Notes: generated by a model not told the origin, from the letters alone. A stretch of DNA of 64,000 bases from an uncultured virus (IMG/VR IMGVR_UViG_3300013370_000002) (IMGVR_UViG_3300013370_000002:1-64000); one strand, 5' to 3'. Shown: positions 38,466-48,456, numbered from the stretch's first letter. A program made the numbers and translations.

Positions 38466-39011
38466 ATGAAACTATCCGATATCACCGAAAAAACACCAAT
38501 CGTTAAAGACTTTGTGGCGCAGCTCAAAAAATCCACCAAGCAAGCCATCCCTATTGTTGAGGTTGGCAAAACCGCGCGCGTCTCAGGCGCCAGCGCTCGA
38601 CCTGTCGATATGGTGCTAGAGAACGGGCAGAGCGTTAAAGTATACTTGCGCGTGGTCAGTGCTAAAGATGAAAACGGCAAGGATGTTGAGCGTTTTGATA
38701 TCTTCCGTATTGATATTAACGGCAAGTCAATACCGCTATCAGGCGACTACGACAACAGCTATAAACCCTCCTTTGATGCCTCAGTGACCGCGCTTGGTAA
38801 TATGCTACGCACCGGCCAAAACGCTTTTGATAAAAAACGAGCCAAACAAAAGATACGCAAGCCACGCACGGGTCCCGCACCTAAGAATAAAACCCAGCAG
38901 TTAAACGAGCTGGTCAATGATGCAGGTGAGCTTGATAAGACCATCGATATTAAGACCAAAGAGAAGGCAGGGCTTGAGCAGCAACTCGCCAATCTAACCA
39001 GCCAGCCGTAA
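38466..39011 (+). CDS. Hdf-like protein (DarA N-terminal-domain homologue)
   Basis: RVSGASARPVDMVLENGQSV...DIFRIDINGK.IP plus C-terminal coiled coil; parallels the KRQGVTNIAFVFDLSDGQKL block of 48538. Confidence 0.62.
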   Translation: MKLSDITEKTPIVKDFVAQLKKSTKQAIPIVEVGKTARVSGASARPVDMVLENGQSVKVYLRVVSAKDENGKDVERFDIFRIDINGKSIPLSGDYDNSYKPSFDASVTALGNMLRTGQNAFDKKRAKQKIRKPRTGPAPKNKTQQLNELVNDAGELDKTIDIKTKEKAGLEQQLANLTSQP

Positions 39012-39043
39012 GCTGACACAAGCCACGTATTGTAAGGATTGTT

Positions 39044-39460
39044 ATGCAAAACAGCTATATTGTCGATGCGTTTTTATCTGGCACCGTTTGGGTATCGCTT
39101 ATCTATCTATACTTTGCTTGCCGATCACGGGTCGTTGAGCTTAATGCCTTGGTCACGCCTGACTCATTTTTGACGGCAATCACCAGGTTATGGAAATTAT
39201 CCATTGTCATAGCCACGCCTTTTATCGCCATTCTTAGTTTTATGTTGTGGCGCTTTTATGGCCTCATGCTGGCAAGTCAGACGTGGGGTGCAGGCGGTAT
39301 AGGGCTTTTGGTTGTCATGTTTGCGGTAGGCGCTCCTATGGTGTGGCTGTATGTGCTACTGGTGTGCGTCAAGCATAGCCGCTTTGTTGGTTCTGTTGAG
39401 GTAGCTGATGACAACAAGTCAGCACCGCAGCCAAGCACTGCTAGGGGCGCTTACTCATGA
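39044..39460 (+). CDS. Small membrane protein
   Basis: Three hydrophobic segments. Confidence 0.65.
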   Translation: MQNSYIVDAFLSGTVWVSLIYLYFACRSRVVELNALVTPDSFLTAITRLWKLSIVIATPFIAILSFMLWRFYGLMLASQTWGAGGIGLLVVMFAVGAPMVWLYVLLVCVKHSRFVGSVEVADDNKSAPQPSTARGAYS

Positions 39461-39786
39461 TTGATGCAGATGAAATCAAAGCGATGGTCAATCACTGGCT
39501 CGATACCCCACCAAACGGCTATTTTGGTCAGAGCTATGGCGCTGATGTGCCTAATATGCTGCTACGTGAGCTGTCTAGCGACAATGCAGACAAGCTCCTT
39601 AAAAAGCTACGTCTTGATATACCGCTACTCAATCAACTTGATGACAGCCAGCTTAGTATTAGTACCGAGACCCGCGGCTTTGACAAGCTCTACGTGTACC
39701 TATTTATTGGCAACATTGCGATAGATTTAGGTGAAGCCAAAACCGAAAATTCAGATCAGGATTATTACGATGTCCGAGCGCAATAA
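39457..39786 (+). CDS. Baseplate wedge protein (gp25/GpW-like)
   Basis: HWLDTPPNGYFGQSYG pattern; precedes the baseplate J-like gene. Confidence 0.6.
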   Translation: MIDADEIKAMVNHWLDTPPNGYFGQSYGADVPNMLLRELSSDNADKLLKKLRLDIPLLNQLDDSQLSISTETRGFDKLYVYLFIGNIAIDLGEAKTENSDQDYYDVRAQ

Positions 39787-41233
39787 GATACTTGAGAGTA
39801 TCAACAGTCATATTAACGACTATCCAGAGATAGCTGAACGCTGGCGAGCAGGGGATCCAACCGTGCGTGCCATGCTGACCTCTATCGTTGAGGCGGTCGT
39901 CTTTTTAAAGCGTGATAACGATGTCAATGCCATTGAGCCGTTTATTAAGTCAAAAAATCGCACCATTATTGCTGACGCTATCAACAAAGGCATACTGCCC
40001 GTTGCCACGCCTTGCCAGCATAAAATAACGATTGAGAACAGAGCCGCCGCCACGCTTACCTTATCGCAAGGGCGGCTTATTGAAGATGGTACGGGCAGAC
40101 AATGGCGGCTACTAGCAGCAGTTACCGTGGCAAGCGGTGCGTCTAAAACGGTACTGGCTGAACAAAGTGTCGTGAATCGTGTCGATATGACCATACCGCT
40201 TAATGAGCCGTTTTATACCGCTGGCTTATCGACCACAGATGACGCTTACTTTGCAGGCATTAGTGTCGTTAATACCACCACAGGCGAGGTTTATCAGCAC
40301 ACGCCAAACTTTATGAACGCAGGCATCAACATGCCAGCCTACACGCTGCAAAGTGACAATCTTACCAATATTAATGTGATATTTGGTGCAAGCTATAGAG
40401 CTGGCAAGACGGTGCAGGCAGGTGAGGTGTACCAGATAGCTATTACTCAGTGCTACGGAGAGGTTGATCCTAGCAGTTTAAGACAAGCCGCGCTTAGTGA
40501 GATCAATGTCAGTGACGAGAGCCAGTTAAACCTATATTTTAAAGCGGGTGACATGGTGCGGGCAGGGGCTAACCCTTTGACTATTAATCAGCTAAGATTG
40601 CTTGCCAGCTTCCCATCTATGTATGACCGAAACGCGGTCTTTATGGGTAACTTTACCTTTTTGGTGATGCAGCATTTTATGAACCGTTTTGACTATATGG
40701 CGATATGGAATGAAACCATCCATGAGCGCTACTATGGCGTGAATGTGAGTAACATTAACCACTTAAACCTAACGGTCGTTGCTAAGTCTGGCAATGCGGG
40801 TGAGCGTGAGCAGCTTATTGCAGATATTAAGCAACTGGTGGCAAGGGCTGATAGCTTGCTTGATGGTCGCGTCAGGGTGAAGGCGGTGGCATTGCGTCCT
40901 TATCAGATTGGCATTACAGGTAGGCTTGCCGCTGTACATGATATTGACTCAGTACGCACGCAGATCAAAGAGCTATTATTGGCGGAGTATGGCAAAGGCT
41001 CATTGGCTGCTATTCACCATAATGCAGATGGCTTTAACTTGCAGGAGATTGCTACGCGCATACGCTCAACGATAAGCGCCTTTCAAGATCGCATTAGTGA
41101 TTTTACGGTCAGTGGTGAGGATGTGGCAAGCCAGCCCGTAAAGCCGCATGAATGGGCGTTTTTAGATACCGATAGCATCACCATCAACTTAACCCGTACT
41201 GCTGATAGCGGTAATGCTATATGGACGATGTGA
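39770..41233 (+). CDS. Baseplate protein (P1 BplA/gpJ-like)
   Basis: ~487 aa; VIFG...GK, AGANPLT and AVFMGNF blocks; baseplate context. Confidence 0.65.
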   Translation: MSERNKILESINSHINDYPEIAERWRAGDPTVRAMLTSIVEAVVFLKRDNDVNAIEPFIKSKNRTIIADAINKGILPVATPCQHKITIENRAAATLTLSQGRLIEDGTGRQWRLLAAVTVASGASKTVLAEQSVVNRVDMTIPLNEPFYTAGLSTTDDAYFAGISVVNTTTGEVYQHTPNFMNAGINMPAYTLQSDNLTNINVIFGASYRAGKTVQAGEVYQIAITQCYGEVDPSSLRQAALSEINVSDESQLNLYFKAGDMVRAGANPLTINQLRLLASFPSMYDRNAVFMGNFTFLVMQHFMNRFDYMAIWNETIHERYYGVNVSNINHLNLTVVAKSGNAGEREQLIADIKQLVARADSLLDGRVRVKAVALRPYQIGITGRLAAVHDIDSVRTQIKELLLAEYGKGSLAAIHHNADGFNLQEIATRIRSTISAFQDRISDFTVSGEDVASQPVKPHEWAFLDTDSITINLTRTADSGNAIWTM

Positions 41234-41234
41234 T

Positions 41235-41864
41235 ATGGACAATACAACCCTTAGCGCTAGTGACTTTTTAGCGCCACTTGCCTTTACTCATAAGGCGGGC
41301 GAGCTTGAGCGGGCAATGGCAGGTGTTTTTACTACTGTGGTTCAAGAGCACCAGGTAAATCAGCTCAATGATATCTATAGTTATGGTGTGCCGTGGCTTG
41401 GTAGCGCCACTGTGGTTGAGCGCTTTACCAAGCTTAACGGCTTGGCAGTGCTACGTCGCAATGACGGGGGCTTGTCCGATAAACTTATGAGCACTATTTA
41501 TGCCAACTGGGAGTCGATGGCAAGCGAGCGCGGACTGGCTTTTTTGCAATTCATGCTTGATATGCTGTACCCAAATCAGAATAAAATAGTTAGGCTTTGG
41601 CACTCGATAGCGCAGGCAGGTAGCTATCCTTTGTATTTAAGTGAGTCGCAAGGGGTGCGAAAATTTTTGACCAGCCGCATTCGCATCAAGATTGACTCTG
41701 ATATTGATATCACTGAGCTATCAGAGCTTGCACCCACGCTATCTCGCTTGGTGCCGTGGCAGATTGTGCCAGAGGTGGCTGTTAGTATCGATACTGAAGA
41801 CATGGGCGTTCAGGTTGCGCTGGCAGGTGAGATATTTCAAGTCGCTAACTTTTCGCCCTTTTAG
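41235..41864 (+). CDS. Baseplate protein (gpI-like)
   Basis: ERGLAFLQFMLDMLYP...FLTSRIRI; follows the gpJ-like gene. Confidence 0.55.
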   Translation: MDNTTLSASDFLAPLAFTHKAGELERAMAGVFTTVVQEHQVNQLNDIYSYGVPWLGSATVVERFTKLNGLAVLRRNDGGLSDKLMSTIYANWESMASERGLAFLQFMLDMLYPNQNKIVRLWHSIAQAGSYPLYLSESQGVRKFLTSRIRIKIDSDIDITELSELAPTLSRLVPWQIVPEVAVSIDTEDMGVQVALAGEIFQVANFSPF

Positions 41865-41878
41865 TGGTATAATAACTA

Positions 41879-41967
41879 TGTGGCTAGGGCAGGCTTAATT
41901 ACCCTGTTTGAAAGAGTGAAACGCTTATCACTTTGCCACACCTACCTAATAAGCGATTACCAAAGCG
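41879..41967 (+). ncRNA. Candidate structured leader RNA of the HNH gene
   Basis: Extended -10 TGGTATAAT 41865-41873; three stems and a CGCTTA/TAAGCG pseudoknot pairing. Confidence 0.5.
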
Positions 41968-41976
41968 AGTAATGAT

Positions 41977-42573
41977 ATGATTAAAAGAAAATTAAAGCCA
42001 ACTGTGCACGGCGTTGGTTATGTGGGTATTGGCGACTTTAAACCGTCGAAAAATGGAGTAGACACCAAAGAGTATTCGGTTTGGAAGGGTATGTTAAAAA
42101 GGTGTTATAGTGAAAAATTTATTCAAAAAAATCCAACATACAAAGGCTGTACCGTTTGTGAGGAGTGGCACAACTTTCAATCTTTTGCAGAATGGTTTGT
42201 TTCACAAAAGAACCACAATTGTAATTATCACTTAGATAAAGATATACTTTGTGATGGTAATAAGATTTATTCCCCTGAACGCTGTGTTTTAGCGCCAATA
42301 CAAATAAACTCCCTGCTAGTAGATAGTCGAGCCTCAAGAGGGGTGTATCCTATAGGCGTTGGTTATAGTAAGTCCAAAGAGCGATATCAGGCTTACATTA
42401 CTATCGACGGAAAACAAAAGCATCTTGGTTACTATGGCGATTTAGATAGCGCATCTAAAGCCTACAGGTCAGCTAAACATGCAAACATAAAGCGCGTGGC
42501 ATTAAAATGGAAAGGTAGTATCGATAAAAGCCTATTTGATGCTTTAATCAAAAGGTTGGAGCAATACAGCTAA
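41977..42573 (+). CDS. Free-standing HNH-like endonuclease with an AP2-like C-terminus
   Basis: WKGMLKRCY...VCEEWHNFQSF...LDKDIL...YSPERC; GV...YQAYI...KHLGYY. Confidence 0.8.
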   Translation: MIKRKLKPTVHGVGYVGIGDFKPSKNGVDTKEYSVWKGMLKRCYSEKFIQKNPTYKGCTVCEEWHNFQSFAEWFVSQKNHNCNYHLDKDILCDGNKIYSPERCVLAPIQINSLLVDSRASRGVYPIGVGYSKSKERYQAYITIDGKQKHLGYYGDLDSASKAYRSAKHANIKRVALKWKGSIDKSLFDALIKRLEQYS

Positions 42574-42638
42574 AAGTCGGATTACACCCCCGATTGCCAC
42601 ACCTTATAGGGTGTTTTATCTGAATAGGTGTTAATAAT

Positions 42639-43238
42639 ATGGGATTAGATATTACAGCATACAAAGGCGTCAAAAAACTAGGTGAACCTATTTTTGATGC
42701 GGATGGCGACGAGATAGGCATCAAAAGTGGTAAGGTTAAACTTGCTGATGGACGAGAAGTAGAAACATTTACCGATATTTCTGATGTAGATTTTACCAAG
42801 CCTTATAGCGCCCCCAGCTTTCCGTTCCATCTTGGCGATTTAGATGATAGTGTTGTTTACAGTTACGATGATGCTATATCACCTTTTAGTTGCGGCTATA
42901 TTGGCTACGCTTACTTTAAAGACGACTTGGCGCGAATTGCGGGCTATGAATCAGGCGCCCATCTAGGGTTAAAAAACTTTGACGACCGACCTTATATGGC
43001 AACCGTTATCTACGATTACGAGATAGAGAAAAAAGAACGCGGTTTGTTATCCGACTTACTTTATTTTTCTGATGGCGAAGGCTCTATTTGTAATAGCTAT
43101 TGCCAAAAAATACTTGCAGACTTAAAAGCTATCGAGCATAGAAAAGGTGAGTTAAGCGAAAGACACCAAAGCTTATTTGACGCCATGTTAGAAACTTTTG
43201 CTTTTGCGAGTAATGACGGGTTCGTAGACTTTCACTAA
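42639..43238 (+). CDS. Hypothetical protein, paralogue of 12102-12626
   Basis: MGLDITAYKGVK...KDDLARIAGYE...FSDGEG...FASNDGFVDFH. Confidence 0.75.
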   Translation: MGLDITAYKGVKKLGEPIFDADGDEIGIKSGKVKLADGREVETFTDISDVDFTKPYSAPSFPFHLGDLDDSVVYSYDDAISPFSCGYIGYAYFKDDLARIAGYESGAHLGLKNFDDRPYMATVIYDYEIEKKERGLLSDLLYFSDGEGSICNSYCQKILADLKAIEHRKGELSERHQSLFDAMLETFAFASNDGFVDFH

Positions 43239-43259
43239 AACACACTTAAAATCAAACAA

Positions 43260-43285
43260 GACCCCACCTAACCGTGGGGTTTTTT
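43260..43285 (+). terminator. Rho-independent terminator
   Basis: ACCCCAC/GTGGGGT plus T-run. Confidence 0.78.
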
Positions 43286-43301
43286 ACGCCCGTCCTCCAC
43301 T

Positions 43302-43341
43302 GGAACACCCCTAAACACGCCCGCCCAAAGCAAGTCAAAAT
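43302..43341 (+). promoter_or_regulatory. Late promoter motif
   Basis: GGAACAC-N27-CAAAAT. Confidence 0.75.
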
Positions 43342-43374
43342 AGCCTTATTACTTATTACATCATAGGGCTACTC

Positions 43375-44001
43375 ATGAGAACCAAAACTCCCAGCGCTCA
43401 GGCGTACCGCAAACAGTACGAAACCGCAAAATCATTAGGTGCAGCTATGCTGGCATGTAATGCGGTTTTAGTGCCAGAGGGCTACAACGATATATACATG
43501 CTTATTCAAAACTTTCAGCGCCCTATCATGAGTCATAACGATAGTGCGGATGTTGACTATGCGCGTGGTCTACAGGCACACGTTGCAGGCACACTTAAAA
43601 CCAACTTTGAGGGTCAGTGGACGCTGATTGAAACTGAATCGGGCGCTATTTCTAAATTCGCTGAAGAGATTGCGGTCAAGCATGGCGGTATCTTGCCGCT
43701 AGTACGCATCTATGACGGCTTTATCGGTGATGGCGATAACATCAAAGGCAGCCGTGAGTATGAATTAATTGATTGCGCCATTACCTTTACTGATGGCGGT
43801 GGTGAGATTGATGCAGCCAGTCGTAGCCAGATATTGCAGGTGCAAGCCTCATGCCGTTATAACTATTTTGGTCAGTCTGGCAAGATTGGTGCAACTGGTA
43901 GCGGTGCCGATGTTTTTGCTAACACACTGGTCAGTGCGCTAAATAATCTTGGCGGTCTAACCCCGCAGTTTAACTCAAACGATGTGACTATCTTCGGGTA
44001 A
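43375..44001 (+). CDS. Tail tube-like protein (P1 Tub/BplB-like)
   Basis: 208 aa, first gene after a late promoter; FEGQWTLIETESG and YNYFG blocks. Confidence 0.6.
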   Translation: MRTKTPSAQAYRKQYETAKSLGAAMLACNAVLVPEGYNDIYMLIQNFQRPIMSHNDSADVDYARGLQAHVAGTLKTNFEGQWTLIETESGAISKFAEEIAVKHGGILPLVRIYDGFIGDGDNIKGSREYELIDCAITFTDGGGEIDAASRSQILQVQASCRYNYFGQSGKIGATGSGADVFANTLVSALNNLGGLTPQFNSNDVTIFG

Positions 44002-44010
44002 GGCCAATCT

Positions 44011-44517
44011 ATGAGCACCACTGACACAGACGCCCATCACGTTATTGGATCGCTGAAAGACGCTAGCGACGAGCTGTACGACGAGCTGTTAACGACCGGC
44101 TCGTCGGTTATGCTTAGTGATATCGTTAAAATTATGATCGTGAATACCAAGAAATACGCTGGCTGGTCAGGTGAATTGCAGTATTGTCCTAAAGATGACA
44201 CCTCATGCGTTAAGCCGCTACTCACAATCACTGAAAACACGGTTTTAGGCGTGGACGACTGGCTCATACTAGAGCCAGTGGTTCGCGCTCATTGCGACCT
44301 TGTGCAAGCCCGCCGCATGGAGGGAGCACAGAATTTAGGCGTACAACCCGCTGGCATGTCATCAAGCGAGGCGCTGCAATATTACAAAGATTCGCTTGAG
44401 TTGATGAAGCGTGAGGCATTCCAGTGTCAGCCGTTTAGTGTTGAGGTTCCCGAAAATAACGCCTTAGACGAGTTTTTTAAAGATAAATTTTGGAGTACAA
44501 CATGGCGGAAACTATAG
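44011..44517 (+). CDS. Putative neck/head-tail adaptor protein
   Basis: Late-operon ORF; YAGW...W.ILEP...A.RME...GV pattern. Confidence 0.45.
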   Translation: MSTTDTDAHHVIGSLKDASDELYDELLTTGSSVMLSDIVKIMIVNTKKYAGWSGELQYCPKDDTSCVKPLLTITENTVLGVDDWLILEPVVRAHCDLVQARRMEGAQNLGVQPAGMSSSEALQYYKDSLELMKREAFQCQPFSVEVPENNALDEFFKDKFWSTTWRKL

Positions 44518-44587
44518 AGGTTTTAGCGTTTTTTGAGTCTATTGGGTTGGCGGTAGTTGATAACATGCCAAGCGATGATAAAAATCT

Positions 44588-45475
44588 ATGAACATTCAGC
44601 TCGAAGATGGCAGTCAAATCGGCACCAATCTAATTAGCGCAATCTATCGCACTGATCTTGTGCCCGTACCTGTCACCATTGAGCTTGTCGTCAAAGCGGA
44701 TGATCGATTGCATAAGCTATTATTAATTGATAAGACGCTGACCACCCCTAAAGACGTGTCGCTGACCATCGTTAAATCACAAGTTATCAATGAGCAATCT
44801 ATCAAGGCTGGCAAGCGCATTGCCGCGCTGCATATCATTGCCGTCTTATCAGGATGCGAGACACTGCTAGGCGTCACCAAAAAGGCAGTCAGCCTAGATA
44901 ATACCAGCTTTAACGAGGTGTACCGCGCATTGGGCGCTAAAGTCCGCATTAAAAAAGACATCAAACTTGCCAGCTTTATTTGCCTGAAAGGTCAGATGCC
45001 AACCGTGGCCATTGCTAAAGCACTGCAAAAAGAGTCGGCGGTTATTTGTCATACTGATAACGGTTTGTCAGTCATCCGCCTAAACGAGCTAATGGTAGGC
45101 GCTACTGTTATGTTCGATAAAAGCGCGGTTCAATGGATCAACAATCCCAATGCTATCAGGCACGGCAACGTCAATTATCTGTCTATTGATGACAATGGCT
45201 CGGATATATTAGGGTCAGCACGGACTGAGCGCTCAATAGAATACTACCCACGAGCAGACAACCGCGAGCTACAGAACTTGCGGCGCATACTTATCACCAA
45301 AGCCACTATTACTCGCCAGCTCGACGAGCGCTTGGACGCAGGCAAGCTTATAACGGTTGACAACAAAACATTGGTAGCCTTAACCGCCGCACACCGATTC
45401 GAGTCAGGAGCGTTAGGCGGTCCCGCTGTTATGGCAACAAAAGCGTGGCTTGCTGGCGTGGAGGATAGATCATGA
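44588..45475 (+). CDS. Baseplate hub-like protein
   Basis: YRTDLVPVPVTIE; immediately upstream of the spike gene. Confidence 0.55.
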   Translation: MNIQLEDGSQIGTNLISAIYRTDLVPVPVTIELVVKADDRLHKLLLIDKTLTTPKDVSLTIVKSQVINEQSIKAGKRIAALHIIAVLSGCETLLGVTKKAVSLDNTSFNEVYRALGAKVRIKKDIKLASFICLKGQMPTVAIAKALQKESAVICHTDNGLSVIRLNELMVGATVMFDKSAVQWINNPNAIRHGNVNYLSIDDNGSDILGSARTERSIEYYPRADNRELQNLRRILITKATITRQLDERLDAGKLITVDNKTLVALTAAHRFESGALGGPAVMATKAWLAGVEDRS

Positions 45476-46125
45476 GTCTTGTATCACCATACATACACCC
45501 CGCCAAACTTATCAGCTACGACAACACCAATCGCACGGCTAAAGTTTCTATCGCAGGGCTTACGGATGGCGTAGAAGAGGGTATCACCGCCATGATTGCC
45601 TACCCGATAGGCGATGATGACATGGACACAGAGCGCGAGCTGCTGGCAGGTGCGGACGTTTGGGTATTCTTTGAGCAAGGCGATACCACCATGCCAGTGA
45701 TCGCCTTTTACCGTCGTCACGGGCAAGGGCGAGCGCTTGTGGATATCCGCCGCATACGTCAAGAAAATATCGAGCTGCTGGCACGATCAGCGATTACCCT
45801 TGATGCTAAAGACTTGGTACACATTAAAGCCAAAACCATCACTATTGATGCAACCACCGTCAATCTTAATGCCAGTAACTTTAATATCACCGCAGAAACC
45901 AGCGTCAAAGGCAACATCAAACAAGCTGGAAACTACTCAATGCAAGGCAATCAGTCAATCACTGGCAGCCATACCGTCAACGGCAATAGCACCTCTTACG
46001 GCAACCAGACAATCAATGGCAGTGTGTCTGCCACAGGCGATATCAAGGCGGGCGGTATATCGCTTAAATCTCATAAACATGGCGGCGTGAAGTCGGGCGG
46101 CAGCTCAACCAGTGACCCACAATAA
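45472..46125 (+). CDS. Baseplate spike (gpV/gp5-like)
   Basis: OB-fold VWVFFEQGD..PV, beta-helix repeats, C-terminal SLKSHKHGGV. Confidence 0.88.
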   Translation: MSLVSPYIHPAKLISYDNTNRTAKVSIAGLTDGVEEGITAMIAYPIGDDDMDTERELLAGADVWVFFEQGDTTMPVIAFYRRHGQGRALVDIRRIRQENIELLARSAITLDAKDLVHIKAKTITIDATTVNLNASNFNITAETSVKGNIKQAGNYSMQGNQSITGSHTVNGNSTSYGNQTINGSVSATGDIKAGGISLKSHKHGGVKSGGSSTSDPQ

Positions 46126-46159
46126 CATTTGCTAGAACACAGCTTAATAGGCGTAAAAC

Positions 46160-47788
46160 ATGAAACTACTTAATACCATGGCAAACATGCTGATTAGCAA
46201 TCGTGAGATGAAGCGGTCTGCCACGCCAGCTAGCATTGGTGATGTCAACCGCCAGTATGAAGCGCTTAATCAGATGGAGCTTGGCACCTTTAACAGCCCT
46301 GAGAACGCGCCGCGAACCCGTCAAGATATCTACTCAACGTGGGAGCTGATGCAAAAGGACCCACAAATAGCAGAGGCATTAAGCTTGCATGTTACGGCAG
46401 CACTCGGCGGGCATGAAACCACGGGTGACATGATATTTATTACCCCGCATGAGCGCGTGCGCGGCAAAGGTCGCCGTGCTAAAGAATTGCGCGATAAGGT
46501 CGAGCGTGAGGCATTGCATATTGCGCCCATTATTAACCGATACGCCTTTACCTTAGCCCGCCAAGCCATCGCCTATGGGGACAGCTACGCACGTATCTAT
46601 ACCGACAAACGCAAGGGCGTGGTTGGGCTTATGAACAATCGTCATACTGCGCCATCACTTATTATGCCGTTTGAGCAGGCAGGCGAGACCGTCGGCTTTC
46701 ACGGGCTTGAAGAGGAGGACTACGAGCGCTCTATTGCCAAACTGACCCCTAGGCAGCTATTGCGCGTCAAGATGCAGCGCATTGAAGTTATCCCGCAGAT
46801 GACCATGCAGGTATGGCAAGACAGAAAAACACTGATCTACAATGAGCGCTGTGACAACCCTATCTTGCCAGCGGAAATCGGCGGATCGTTTCTCTATCCA
46901 GTAGAGAAGCCGTGGAAGGATGTTGTTATTAGCCTTGCAGGACTGAACAATCAGCAAATAGCCGATAGTGTCAAACAAGCCTTTTTGACCGTCAACATGG
47001 AGGGGATGCCACCTAAGCAGCAAAACAAATATAAAGAAAGCGTCACTAAGATGCTGACCAACTACCGCGATCAGATACAAGAGGCGTTTAAAGGCGGTGA
47101 GGCATTACACGGCACCAAATATCATGTGTTGCCGCAATGGGGTGATAAGCAGATATTGCAATCAGTAGGGGATTTATCACAGCGCAATATGCCACTAAAC
47201 CCTGAAACGCTCATGCTCAACCTTCGCCGCGTGGCAGGTGGTCTGGGGATTGATTTATCCTTAGTCGGTTGGGCGGATATGCTGGCAGGCGGACTGGGTG
47301 ATGGCGCATCTTTTCAAACGTCCGCACAAATTATGCGTCGATCTAACCTTATTCGCACCTCGTTAATTGACGCCTTTAATCACTTAATGAGCATTCATTG
47401 GGGTATTAAGTACGGGGAATATTTTGACGCTAAAGAGTACCCGTGGCAGTTTGACTTCTTCTCAGATGCCGGAGCCGCTACCGCGCAAGCACTAAGCAAT
47501 AAGCAAAACAAAGCCAACACACTGACTATCGAGATGCAGGCAGTGCAGATGATAAAGGACTTGGGGCTTGGTAAAGAGGCGACACAACTCATGCTTGAAG
47601 ACCGCTTGGATTACGACTTAGCTTTTGCTGAAAAAGTTGCTATTGCAATCACCGCGCCACCAATGGGCGAAGAGGGCTTGCCAGCAGGGATGCCGCAACC
47701 TCCTAGTAATGCTGATATGAGCAATAATCCTGAAGACGACGACTTGCCAGATGGCCTAGACGATATGGAGGATGACTATGAGGACTGA
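46160..47788 (+). CDS. Portal protein (P1 Prt-like)
   Basis: YSTWELMQKDPQIAEAL..HV..ALG, AYGDSYARIY, GIDLSLVG..D..GGLGDG. Confidence 0.72.
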   Translation: MKLLNTMANMLISNREMKRSATPASIGDVNRQYEALNQMELGTFNSPENAPRTRQDIYSTWELMQKDPQIAEALSLHVTAALGGHETTGDMIFITPHERVRGKGRRAKELRDKVEREALHIAPIINRYAFTLARQAIAYGDSYARIYTDKRKGVVGLMNNRHTAPSLIMPFEQAGETVGFHGLEEEDYERSIAKLTPRQLLRVKMQRIEVIPQMTMQVWQDRKTLIYNERCDNPILPAEIGGSFLYPVEKPWKDVVISLAGLNNQQIADSVKQAFLTVNMEGMPPKQQNKYKESVTKMLTNYRDQIQEAFKGGEALHGTKYHVLPQWGDKQILQSVGDLSQRNMPLNPETLMLNLRRVAGGLGIDLSLVGWADMLAGGLGDGASFQTSAQIMRRSNLIRTSLIDAFNHLMSIHWGIKYGEYFDAKEYPWQFDFFSDAGAATAQALSNKQNKANTLTIEMQAVQMIKDLGLGKEATQLMLEDRLDYDLAFAEKVAIAITAPPMGEEGLPAGMPQPPSNADMSNNPEDDDLPDGLDDMEDDYED

Positions 47789-48398
47789 TCTAGTGCAAGG
47801 GCTAATCGCTAGCAAAAATGATGTTGGGCGCGTAAAAGTAGGTACGGCAACCAATTCGCAGTACATGCAGTCTTTACAGTTACTCTATGGTAAATTACGG
47901 GTACATGAAGCGTTATTGCAGTGTATGTATGTGGTCAAGATTGAAGATATATTCGGCAATGGCTCTAACATTCCTTGGTTTAGAGATAAAACATTATGCT
48001 ACCTAGCAACTGAGGCGGATATGTCGCTGGGTAGCGCTGATAGCGAGACCTTTTACGCTGGCTCGTATCAAGCAGGGTATCTGACGCAAAAAACAGCCGA
48101 TGATATGGATGTGACGTTTATTGAGACCATCAATGGCGATATATCCAATTCCTACCGAGATTGTCACAAACTTGCCTTTAATGACGATGGCACGGTGAAC
48201 GAGTCTAAAAAATACGCATTTAAGTTAAGTGTTGGCCTTATCAATCATAAAAAACCCAACAGCGAGCCAGTTATCACAAGGTCGTGGTTGGTTGGTGCCA
48301 AAAGCGCCCGTCCTGAGATTAGTAGTACGGGGCGTAGTGAGATTGTCAAAGTGCCAGTAACCTTTCAGAAGCTCAGGCCACTTATGTTTGAGCGATGA
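47778..48398 (+). CDS. Tail-tube/baseplate-related protein
   Basis: DMDVTFIET...PVTFQ tube-fold-like pattern. Confidence 0.45.
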   Translation: MRTDLVQGLIASKNDVGRVKVGTATNSQYMQSLQLLYGKLRVHEALLQCMYVVKIEDIFGNGSNIPWFRDKTLCYLATEADMSLGSADSETFYAGSYQAGYLTQKTADDMDVTFIETINGDISNSYRDCHKLAFNDDGTVNESKKYAFKLSVGLINHKKPNSEPVITRSWLVGAKSARPEISSTGRSEIVKVPVTFQKLRPLMFER

Positions 48399-48413
48399 TA
48401 TCTCTTAGCTAAT

Positions 48414-48440
48414 AACCCACTCTTTGAAGTGGGTTTTTCT
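48414..48440 (+). terminator. Rho-independent terminator
   Basis: AACCCACT/AGTGGGTT plus T-run. Confidence 0.75.
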
Positions 48441-48456
48441 TTGCCTAACATTCAGC

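Noticed and set aside
46134..46160. AGAACAC before the portal gene as an eleventh late promoter
   Set aside because: First base mismatches, and the -10 position would fall inside the CDS with no matching hexamer
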